Of a stretch of DNA of 64,000 bases, positions 12,716-22,594 are shown piece by piece (within the stretch, counting starts at the first letter, position 1; every line of letters begins with the position of its first letter). Where the stretch lies: NCBI GenBank assembly GCA_002269645.1, contig NIVC01002130.1, forward strand, positions 1 to 64,000, written 5' to 3'. Source of the stretch: Macrostomum lignano (taxonomy: Eukaryota). A model generated the notes under the pieces. It was not told the DNA's origin. It searched no databases and saw only the letters and a program-made list of their open reading frames with translations. A program made the translations under genes and the position numbers.

Positions 12716-13429
12716 CAAAAGACTGACTATGCATGGCTCAGTAAGAAAGTTGTCTACTTAAAAACAAAGGCATTTTATCCAGAGAACAAAGACATGAAAA
12801 TTTTGAAGCGGCCTCTCTCTTTTTTACTCCCAACTGTCAAAGAATCCAAGCTCAAACACTGTGCTCAACTGGCACGTGCGCAGTGGACAACCGCCATGAC
12901 TCACTGAACTCACACAGTGAGTAGGTGTCGTGCGTTGAGCCCATCAACTGCTCAACTGTTAGTAGAGGAGAGTCCTATGGGAGAGGGGAAATTCTGCATC
13001 AGCAGCAGCAGCTGAATTGGCAATGAAGGGAGCTGGGAAGGAGGGGCCGATGTGGACTGGGAGAATTGAGTCAAGGTCAGGCTGGTGAGGTCACAGGGGG
13101 AGGGAGAGACGTACGCGCTCATTGTTGCGAAGCCAACCCGTTGGAATTTGGGAGAAAAGATGGAATGTGTATGGCACTGCCAATATCCCTGATGGATGCG
13201 AGGAAGCCAAAGAAAGAGAAGCCTGTAGTTCTCTGCAACCCCACCCCCCCCCCACCTATCTCTGTTTATACGTGCCCAGGGCAAACACAGATAAGGCTGA
13301 GGCAGGTAGCACAGGTAGAGATAGCACTAATAGCTCCTTGCGAGACTGATTTTTCGTCCTTGTAATCTAAGAAGCTCAATAAACTGTTTGAAGTTGAACT
13401 TATTTGAGTAAACAGCGATAAGGAATCCA

Positions 13430-13700
13430 ACTATAGTCGTTAGTGACTCCAAGAGTACCAATGACTACACTGGGAAGGATACGAACCTGGGACCTCACGG
13501 TCGCTAGTGACTCTGAGAGTACCAATGACTACACTGGGAAGGATTCGAACCCGGGACCTCATAGTCGTTAGTGACTCTGAGAGTACCAATGGCCATACTG
13601 GGAAGGAATCGAACCCGGGACCTCAAGGACGCTAGTGATTCTAAAACGCTGCGGATACAGCGGCAAGGAATCGAAACCAAGACCACTGGTTAGATAACTA
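13430..13700 (-). repeat. 64-bp tandem array of tRNA-like units (about 4 copies)
   Basis: tagtgactc/tagtgattc at 13441, 13505, 13569, 13633. The minus strand unit has AGTGTAGTCATTGGT, CTAAC/CTAGC and GAGGTCCCGGGTTCGAATCC. Confidence 0.85.
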
Positions 13701-14314
13701 ACCGATACTGAAAATTCCAACTCCCAGAGGCAATAGTTTCTTCCCAATCGCTTCTAAGGATTATCAAAAAGTATCTAAAGGTCCATTGAACACCTTCGCC
13801 CTGTCGAGGCAACCGAGGAACGAATCGACCGATGCATCCCCGAGCGCTTGGCAGCCGTGGATCAGAGTGGGGGATTTCACAAATCTTTCGGGTCCCGCGA
13901 GAGAAAACGAGAAAGAAAATGGTTTTGGGAAAATTCTCTTCTCCACCGCGCGTTTACAGTGCCGCCTGGGGATAAAGCGGAACCATTTTTCTAGTCCCCC
14001 AGGGCGGGATTAAATCCACAAATCCAAGAGGGGAACACGAGCTGAAAGCACCCGATGGCGGGCATTCCGTGGCTTCTGGTTTGGCTCTCCTTCTTCTTTT
14101 AGTAGAACTGGAAAGATACAGCAGAAGAGTGCAGCAAGGATCTCCGTACCATTAATATTTCAGTGATTTTTTACACTTTCTTTTGACGGGACTTCATCCC
14201 GGAAATCCTCACCTACATAGGTCCCGGGATCGATTTTTGGCGGCGAAGCTTTAAACTTGGCGTGAAAAGTTTTGATTGAGCAGCTTGACTGCCTACGAGA
14301 GCCAAAAAAGCAAT

Positions 14315-14480
14315 GATTTCCGCTGACCCCTGAGCACAGCTCGAGCCAATACTGTACGCGGGCACGCACTCAAACACGCTCACACAGGGTGTACAGCGGC
14401 ACTTTGAATTTCTAATCGTCAGGCATGTACACTCTCTGTGCCTTGGAGGCTGGCCCTCATGGCTGTGACTCGAACGACAG
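14315..14480 (-). mobile_element. tRNA-derived SINE family, copy 1 (core only)
   Basis: Shares ccaatactgtacgc..gcacgcactca..cacagggtgtacagc..gaatttctaatcgtcaggcatg with the copy at 30165 and the ctgacccctgagcac/gtcaggcatgtacactc blocks with the copy at 31112. Confidence 0.75.
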
Positions 14481-14565
14481 CCAACTACACCAAAACAGGC
14501 TTTTTAACTGGAGCTTCGCCTGACAGTGCTTTACTGTACTACTAAGTCTGATGACGTCATCATAC

Positions 14566-14948
14566 CGCTCGCATGTGCGCCAGCACTGGCCAGGTCGACC
14601 CTGCCGGCATCCGCACTTCGTCCTCGCTGTCGTCATCGTCGTCGTCTTCGGCAGATCCGCCGTCGTAGCCCGACGACCAGCCGGGGCCTTGCCGGCGACG
14701 CTGCCGTCTCCGCCGCCGACGACGCTGACGTCGCTGGCAATTTGATCCTCGCCGTCGACTGCCGTCGTACTGGCTCTGTCGCAGTCGTCGACAGCCGAAG
14801 TACAACGCCAGCACAGACGAGGCGACGAGGCAGACAGCGACAGCGACGAAGCCGGACGCGCCGGCAACAGCGATGGCCAGCTGAAGCCAGTGCGAGCCAG
14901 CAGTCTCGCCGGCGCTGTTTATCGTCGAGGACGACTCGGCAAGCACAG
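14566..14948 (-). CDS. KIAA1549-like gene exon 5: transmembrane helix plus basic stop-transfer and acidic tract
   Basis: Acceptor cttgctatcctgcag in phase 1. WLQLAIAVAGASGFVAVAVCLVASSVLALYFGC followed by RRLRQ. Donor GCG|GTATGA is the least certain boundary. Confidence 0.8.
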
Positions 14949-15021
14949 CTGCAGGATAGCAAGCGAACTAATGTACTCTATGGATGGATTAGGGACAATA
15001 AGATTACTGTCACTCACTCAC

Positions 15022-15202
15022 CTGTCGCAATTGGCAGATAAACCCTATAGCCCAGCAGTTGGGAGGCCCTATCGGCTGTGATACGCTTGTTGATCAAAGC
15101 TGCGCATCGGGCGGCTGAAACGTAGGCACCGTCGAGTCGGACTGCGTAGACTAGGCGAACTTGTTGGGTGAAGTTTCCGTCCCGGATAGTGGAAGACATC
15201 AA
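15022..15202 (-). CDS. KIAA1549-like gene exon 4: SEA-like extracellular domain
   Basis: VRLVYAVRLDGAYVSAARCAALINKRITADRASQLLGYRVYLPIA resembles the remembered KIAA1549 segment VQLIYFV...SSDLINKMDLQRAAIILGYRIQGVIA. Acceptor cccaccag, donor GTGAGT, 181 bp, phase 0 to 1. Confidence 0.85.
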
Positions 15203-15264
15203 CTGGTGGGTATAGAGAGTGTAGTCATTGTGCAAGTCTAGGCCTAAGCAAGCCCGTTCCAGAC

Positions 15265-15590
15265 CCTCACTCCCTGCCCCAAACCCCGCCATCCCGCAGC
15301 TACCTCCCTCCTGCCCCATTCCAAACCCCGCCACCCCACAGCCACCTCACTCCCTGCCCATTCCGAACCCCGCCACCCCACAGCCACCTCACTCCCTGCC
15401 CATTCTGAACCCCGCCATCCCGCAGCCACCTCCCTCCCTGCCCATTCCAAACCCCGCCACCCCACTCCCTGCCCATTCCGAACCCCGCCACCCCACAGCC
15501 ACCTCACTCCCTGCCCATTCGGAACCCCGCCATCCCGCAGCCACCTCCCTCCCTGCCCATTCCGAACCCCGCCACCACTCACCCCAAGCA
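15265..15590. repeat. ~42-bp C-rich intronic minisatellite
   Basis: (CCCATTCCGAACCCCGCCACCCCACAGCCACCTCACTCCCTG)n. Confidence 0.92.
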
Positions 15591-15683
15591 CGGGCCTCCC
15601 ATCCTAGAAGATACTCTACATCTACCACAAAAATGTGGCAATGGAAAAGCAAAGACAATGTAAGACCATTCACTCAATTGTAC

Positions 15684-15811
15684 CTGTAAAGTGACATTTC
15701 CACCATCCTGTCCAACTGTAACAATTTCAAACAATTTCCGCAGTCTGGCTGTCACTTCAAACTGCCATGGGCAGGATGATACATTAGTTTCAATGGGAAC
15801 AGATTGTAAGT
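15684..15811 (-). CDS. KIAA1549-like gene exon 3 (DLQSVPIETNVSSCPWQFEVTARLRKLFEIVTVGQDGGNVTLQ)
   Basis: Acceptor aaatttgcag, donor CAG|GTACAA, 128 bp, phase 1 to 0, stop-free. Confidence 0.78.
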
Positions 15812-15895
15812 CTGCAAATTTGAGGTTGAGATGGCGTTTTGTAACAAGAAACTGATCAGTTTAATTAGTCCATATAAAGATTGCTTCTTGGCTTT

Positions 15896-16480
15896 AGCAC
15901 CAGGGGCGCCAGCACCAGGGGCGCCAGCACCAGGGGCGCCAGCACCAGGGGCGCCAGCACCAGGGGCGCCAGCACCAGGGGCGCCAGCACCAGGGGCGCC
16001 AGCACCAGGGGCGCCAGCACCAGGGGCGCCAGCACCAGGGGCGCCAGCACCAGGGGCGCCAGCACCAGGGGCGCCAGCACCAGGGGCGCCAGCACCAGGG
16101 GCGCCAGCACCAGGGGCGCCAGCACCAGGGGCGCCAGCACCAGGGGCGCCAGCACCAGGGGCGCCAGCACCAGGGGCGCCAGCACCAGGGGCGCCAGCAC
16201 CAGGGGCGCCAGCACCAGGGGCGCCAGCACCAGGGGCGCCAGCACCAGGGGCGCCAGCACCAGGGGCGCCAGCACCAGGGGCGCCAGCACCAGGGGCGCC
16301 AGCACCAGGGGCGCCAGCACCAGGGGCGCCAGCACCAGGGGCGCCAGCACCAGGGGCGCCAGCACCAGGGGCGCCAGCACCAGGGGCGCCAGCACCAGGG
16401 GCGCCAGCACCAGGGGCGCCAGCACCAGGGGCGCCAGCACCAGGGGCGCCAGCACCAGGGGCGCCAGCACCAGGGGCGCC
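15896..16480. repeat. perfect 15-bp minisatellite (AGCACCAGGGGCGCC) x39, intronic
   Basis: 585 bp = 39 units with no variant seen. Confidence 0.98.
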
Positions 16481-16592
16481 ATATAAATGTACTCTTAGCC
16501 AGCCAATGTGGGCTTGGCAGTCTTGCCCTCCCCAGTCTCTAGCACCATAATCATTTATCGCAGTAACTAACTAGCACCAATCAAGGACTCAC

Positions 16593-17012
16593 CAGTCTGC
16601 ACCCAGAAAGGCGACAATTTCAAATTTGCAGTAGAATTTTGTTGACACTTCGTGACATCTGACGTCGAATTCTCTGACTGGACGTTGGGTGCAGCTGGTG
16701 ACGCCGCAGGCGCATCAGTTGCTGCAGTTGGGGACGCAAGCAGTTCTACAGATTTTCCTGTTGTTGACGGCGTCAGTTTGGCATGGTTGGCTGGTGACGG
16801 TGGCAAAATACTGACTTTGAATGGCTTTGGAGTGCTTGTTGGCGATTTAGCTGCTTCTGTTGTCAGCGCAGGTCTCGAAGACGTATCAGATGCATCCGGG
16901 GAGATTATTGATTCAGTGGACGGCGGCGGTTTCAATGTTGTTGCACTTTCAGAGCCTGGCTTTATTGATTCGTTTGCTCTGTCCGATGGCAAAGGTGAAG
17001 TGCTCGGACTGC
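16593..17012 (-). CDS. KIAA1549-like gene exon 2: mucin-like Ser/Thr/Pro-rich stalk
   Basis: 420 bp, phase 1 to 1, donor G|GTGAGT, S/T/P/A-rich open frame. Confidence 0.8.
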
Positions 17013-17518
17013 CTGCTTCAGATTCAAGAATATGAGTTAATCAATCTATTTTTACAATGCACGCTCGTAGCCTATGATTAACTATATTGTAATTAAATTA
17101 TGAACATTTGACCACACGTTGGCAATAATTTCTGAGACATTATTAAAGGTTAAGTGAACACTCTGCAAAATATTTTTAATAAAAATAATTAATTAATTTT
17201 CCTAAGTTGCCCGAATTTATTCTTTTAGTATAAGAAAATAAACTTCAAATTCAAGTGAAATATTTTAAATTGTGACACTGCTTAAAACATTTCTAAAGTG
17301 AATCTTATTTTTAGTCAATGTTTCATTGTTGATTTGCATCCTTAAGTAATAAAATATGAACTATAAATTTTAACTACATTTAAATCAAGCCACTCATAAT
17401 ATTAGCACTTGCTATCTAAAATCTTATTCATGTTTACACAGGTTCCTGTCTAGCTGCAGTTTGCAGAATTCTGTATATCATTATCAATTAGCACTGATTC
17501 AAAAAGCACAAAACTTAC

Positions 17519-17612
17519 TTGTATTTTGATTTTGAATGACACGCGAGGTACAAAATACCAAGTACGGCACACTGATATTGAGGATGGTTAAGAAAACGGA
17601 TGTAACTTGCAT
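17519..17612 (-). CDS. KIAA1549-like gene exon 1: signal peptide (MQVTSVFLTILNISVPYLVFCTSRVIQNQNT)
   Basis: ATG at 17612, hydrophobic N-terminus, donor A|GTAAGT in phase 1 matching exon 2. Confidence 0.75.
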
Positions 17613-19449
17613 GCTTATTGCCTTGTAGAAAATGCCTTTGACAATTTGTTAGCTATCTATTACGCACGTACGTAGGTGCTAATCTTTGATAAGAAATCGC
17701 ATTTTTATTTTCTTTACAGCAAGCGAAAAAAGTGGCATTTTCAGTTCTAATTTTTTGTTTGCCACTACTAGGTTTAAATTACAATTCTAGCGCATGTTCG
17801 AAACGGCAAGGGCCCTGCTGGTCGCTCTCGGACTTGAACGGTCCATGCTATCTATATTTGAAATTGAGTTATTGGGTTTATTAGATACCGCTATGAATTT
17901 TGTAGCAAAAAAATTATTTTTAAAAGAAAACAATAAATTATTCGTTTGTTTCCCAAAATTCAGAACAAATACTATTTGAGCCACAGAAAGTAAAAGGAAA
18001 ACTGTACTATTTTATTTTACTTCTTTTGCCACACCGGAGAATCTACGTTTCGAATCCGCAGCATGTTCAAAATATGGAATCATTTTGAGATACTCCGTTT
18101 TTTGTCTTTATTTTATCAATTTCGCTTACGAAATCATATTAACTATTTTAGTGCATATTTTTTCCGTAGTGCATTTTTATTGCTATGTGCATTCAACTGA
18201 CTCTAAGCGCGCACAGCATATGAATGGCGTACGTAGGCTCTAGCTATTCATACAAGGACGAGGTCCTTTCATTCGTACAGGATGTAAACATGGAGAAGGA
18301 GAAATGAGGCTACACTCGCAAGTTGTGAAAACTGCTTGAGGACTGAAACGAAACACACACGTGCTGTGTTTTATTACATATATACATGTTTTAGTAAAAC
18401 ATAAAACATTAATAAAACATGTTTTGTTTTTATTGACTATTTGGAAATCGGATGTTCAAACTCGTAGAGATATATTACATGTATATGTATTACGATTTTA
18501 AAATACGAGCATCCTTAATACTGGATGCCCATGTAGTGTACATTTTGCTGCGAAAAGCAGCTCCCGACAAAATTTGCATGATTTGAGAGCGTATTATTAT
18601 ACTTTAGCTGTCCATAGATGTAAAGCGGTACTTGGTTGTCATTTTCACTTTTCAGGTATGTAGTACTTAGCTTGAATTTATTGCAATGTTGGCGACTGCA
18701 ATTGCTTGATTCCAACCAATATGGTGTAAAATTCAGACGCCTACTGCACCGAAGTTTTTGTTACTGATTCAAATTATTTTATCACGTATTTTGCTATATT
18801 AGGAAACCTACACATTTTATATTGCGAAAGAATACAGAAGAAAGAGTTTGATTGATGCCTTTACTCGAATTCCTAGCACTTTTGTAAACAGTACATGTGC
18901 ATAAACTATTCACCTTCAATGCTTTTTATATTGTACGCTTGTCGAGCCCTCAAGATTCTCGAACGCCTTCGGCTTCTTACGAGCTATATGTAGTCCAAGG
19001 TAGAATGAATAATTCAGGCTATGCGGATTCCTCACTCGATTCGAGGCACCTTTTTATAGGAAAAAAGGTAGAGGAAAAATGTCAATAAGTTTTTTTTTTA
19101 CCCAATCTGCATCGCAGCAGAGAGTTCATTTTCTTGAATAAACATGGCCTAGCCGGCCTACTCATAAATCCTGACCGCGATAGTGACTTGAGTTTAGTCA
19201 GACATTTGTTTGAAATATATAAGCTCCGATTGTTTGAGTGATCTCGATGGCCTATTTGCGCTTCCGCGAGGTCCATTACTCGTGATTGTAAATACTTTCG
19301 AGCAACATTGGAAAAATGTTGTGTGAATGAAAAATGACTGTGTTTGCTACAGTCATTAAGTAGGCAATATGTTTTTATTTGAAGCGAGCAAAATGCCATG
19401 CACAGTCTATCATAATCAGTGAGCACCCACCCATTTTTGAGAAAATACC

Positions 19450-19672
19450 ACTTGACAATTGCTTTTTTCTGCTACAGAACGGAGCAACGTAGGTACACGA
19501 AACTCAAGGAGACTTCATCAATGCTGCTAGGGCATTCAGTACAGCACTGCGCTTCAGACCTTGCCTTGCCAACACAAATCTTCATACTTCATCAGCACGT
19601 CCACCGCATCATGTCTGGCGTCATCGGTCAGACTTCGATGGCCGACCGGTCTTTTACCCTGGCTTCTGGACC
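19450..19672 (+). mobile_element. diverged solo fragment homologous to the foldback element arm
   Basis: tgacaatt..gaacggagcaacg.agg.acac.aaa.tcaag and cagcactgcgc..ttcatcagcacgtc..gacttcg..gcttct.gacc align with 22662-22990. Confidence 0.75.
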
Positions 19673-21034
19673 TAGCCTAAGCCGACAGTTGACCCGCAGC
19701 CAGCGAGAGGGCAAGCAGCTTGACAGATGTTCACCCAGGATGTACAGCGGCCCTATGAACCTTTCATTCTCCGGCATGTACATTTCAAACGACTATGTGG
19801 CCTGGGACTTAATGGGGTTGAATCGTACAACAAAAGCGACGTTGACGCGTGATTCCTGACATTTTAGCGCCGAGCCAATCTGCTCCCTTCGGTAGATACT
19901 ATTATTTAATGATCAATTTTCCAGCGGAATTCCCCGTCAATCGAACCTGGGTTCTAATGACAAGAAGACTCAAGTAGTGAAGTTCAGATAAACAACACGG
20001 ATATATTACACCAGACAGCCCTGATGTGGTTGCATACCACACAAAGTTAAGTCTGTAAAGCATAGAACAGGTCCTGAGGAAATTGTCGATCACTTGGGAC
20101 CAGCGCATGTCAGACTAATTAAAATAATGGCATTGGCACGTGTCCCCGCATGCAGTCGGATAATTAAAGGAAGTTGGCCCGAAAGACGTAAATTTCGACG
20201 CAAGCTACGTGTACGCATCCTGGATTCCGAAGCTCCGAAGTTTACTCGCATGGTTGAAATGATAATTGTGGCCAGAGCATATTTGCGTCAAGCTTGAATT
20301 TGATTCTGACTGATTGTACGTGCGCAATGTCACGAGGTTGTTTTCTTGTCATTTACCTTGAGCTGTCCCGTTGACGACTTGTTTTAGGTCGCGTTGATCA
20401 ATAAGCAGCTTGCAAAGCGTCCGTGAAAAAGTTTTCTCGTCGTTTTCTGCGTCTTTTTGCGATTAAAACGAAGAAGATATTTTTTACAGCAAGCAGCGCG
20501 GCTCTTCCTTTGAGGTTTTGGTGCGATTCACACCTATGAGGATCAACCCCACAAGGCGCAGAGACCGTCACTGTCTATGGTCAAAGCAAATCTGCTCACG
20601 ACTGATTTAAGCATGGGTAAAATTGGATAACTTTTCGTCTCAGTATATTTCACTGCGAGAGCAAACACAACATGAATGAAACACGAAATAAACGAAATAA
20701 TTCAGTAAATAACGTTTGGGAACACAGAATGATATGTGGTTGGATAGTTCATCAATATAGTTACCTCAAATACATGGTCGTAGTTAGAAACTGCAATCCA
20801 CGACACACCTGTCTAGCGTGGTGTAATGTTGAATGTGCTTGGATTGGACAACTCTGCGTCAATCAACTGCTGCTGTCTTACGCTCAGACCAGTCCATTGA
20901 CTAACTTCTTCACCAGGATCACGATGTCCAAGTTGCTGCAGAAACTCAATCTCATTCATTTCTAAACCGCTAATATCTTCCTCTAGTATTGATTCCCAGT
21001 GAAACATGGCTAATTCCGAACCTTTAAGTATATA

Positions 21035-22260
21035 ATCATGGATGTTTAATGCGCATTCTAGGGTTAGAAAGTCCGAGGCTGCATTTGATGGTCTCGAGGC
21101 GAGCGAAGCGAGCCGAGGACCATTAAGTGTGGCCGAGGACTTTCTACCATAGAATGCGCATTAAACTACCGTGATCTTATATGAAATCCGAATTACTTAT
21201 TTTTGTAGCTTTCTCTTGAGCCGGGCCGAATGCGGTGCAGCCAGTCGGCAAAGATTCGACTGGGGGTGTGGGGGCGAAGCCCCCACATTGGAACCATAGA
21301 CAAATTTTCCATAAATTTAAGACAGTACTAGCTAGACGAAATCCGAATTACTTTCTTTCGTAGCTTTCTCTTGAACCACACCGCGATGGAAGAAGAATTT
21401 GATAGCGACAACTTTTTTAATTTTTTCGATCTAGCCCCTGCTGGAAATGTAGTTCCGCCGCCCCTCGGAAACGCTAAAACACTGCCGACCAAACCTAGCT
21501 CTCGTTTCGGTGAGTTGCTTGATGAGACCGCTTTGGAGCGCAGAATGCTAGAGAGCTCACCTGAGTCTACACTAGCAAGAGAAAAGTGGGCGATGAATGT
21601 GTTCCAGACGTGGAAGGAGAATCGTGTCCAACTGCAAATGCAAGGCCGTCTGTCAGGACTCGCGGTGATTAAGCCTGTCGAAGAGCTTACAAAGAATGAG
21701 ATCAACGAACTGTTGCACTTCGTTTTTGAGGTGAGGAAGGAGAATGGCGAAAAATATCCGCCGGGAACTCTGAAAAACTTGGTATCGATGATCCAACACT
21801 TTTACGTGAGCCTGTCGCTTCTGGAGATTCCAGCGCTTCTATTACTGACCACGGTGTCAAGTCTATCATCATTGATGGAGCTAAAATCGAAATTCAGTTT
21901 AAGTGAGTTTGTGAAACATTTAATGCATTGCCTATTATTGAAAAAAACGTAATATGTTTCCTATATAACCCTACCAATTGTCCATGGCTTGGCTAGAAAA
22001 TTGTTTTTTGTTGCTTCGTTATACAGTATATAATAACAGTTTTTTTGTTGCATCCAAGTACACTGTCTGGTTCTGTTTAGTCTATGGTTCAAACTGCTTT
22101 CATTTAGGGACCATCAAATCATTTGATGGTCTCCATTTTGGAGCCCATCAAATTATTTGATGTGCCTGGAATTATAGCACTTTAAACCATAGACTAGGCT
22201 TTCCTGGCTCAGAATGAGCCCAATAAATGTCAATAAAATAAGTAATCGGATTTTATAGCT
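21035..22260 (+). mobile_element. truncated Crypton-type (DUF3504 tyrosine recombinase) element
   Basis: ~140-bp hairpin 21038-21180 (tttaatgcgcattcta/tagaatgcgcattaaa, central gcgagcgaagcgagc). gaaatccgaattacttattt at 21183 is inverted at ~22237 (aaataagtaatcggatttta). Internal recombinase N-terminal ORF. Confidence 0.65.
21386..21805 (+). pseudogene. N-terminal (core-binding) part of a Crypton/DUF3504-family (ZMYM2/QRICH1/KCTD1-related) tyrosine recombinase; catalytic half absent
   Basis: SRF...STLAREKWAMNVFQTW...HFVFEVRKENGEKYPPGTLKNLVSMIQHF fits the family pattern WA..F..W / F..E.RK.NG..YPP.TL. Probable donor TAC|GTGAGC. No R-HxxR-H-Y catalytic part seen. Confidence 0.78.
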
Positions 22261-22453
22261 GTTTAAATCTTATTTTTCTCTCCCACCCACCAGGAGAAGA
22301 ATGCTTCAAACTCTATTTGGGTTTCAACCATAGACAGTCTCCGCGGACTGCGAAACCGCCACTAAGCATATAGCTAAAGCTTTTTCAACCATAGACAGTT
22401 TCTGTGGACGTGAAACCGCGTTGTGCGTCCGCGCTTCAGCCTACCCATAACAC

Positions 22454-22593
22454 TAATATGGACTGGCTGTTGAGGACTGAAATGAACTGAAACGCATATC
22501 GGTAGCTGTCCGCAGTAGTTTATAATCTTCTCTTAAATCTACTGTAGCTCCGCGTTGCAGTTCATTTCAGTCCTCAACAGCCAGTCTATATTA
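22454..22593. mobile_element. 140-bp MITE/hairpin with 42-bp inverted repeats
   Basis: taatatggactggctgttgaggactgaaatgaactgaaacgc versus its inverse at the right end, 2 mismatches. Confidence 0.85.
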
Positions 22594-22594
22594 A

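Noticed and set aside
12952-13284. Possible extra exon of the minus-strand gene
   Set aside because: An acceptor-like site exists, but I could not find a phase-consistent donor.
15831-16550. (PGAPA)n elastin-like ORF and CTCF-like look of the unit
   Set aside because: Perfect intronic repeat with no synonymous variation. The unit is one G short of the CTCF core. Kept only as a low-interest finding.
17700-21010. Short ORFs (e.g. 18515-18715, 20813-21007) suggesting a decayed transposase
   Set aside because: No recognisable motif. Probably old transposon debris but not assignable.
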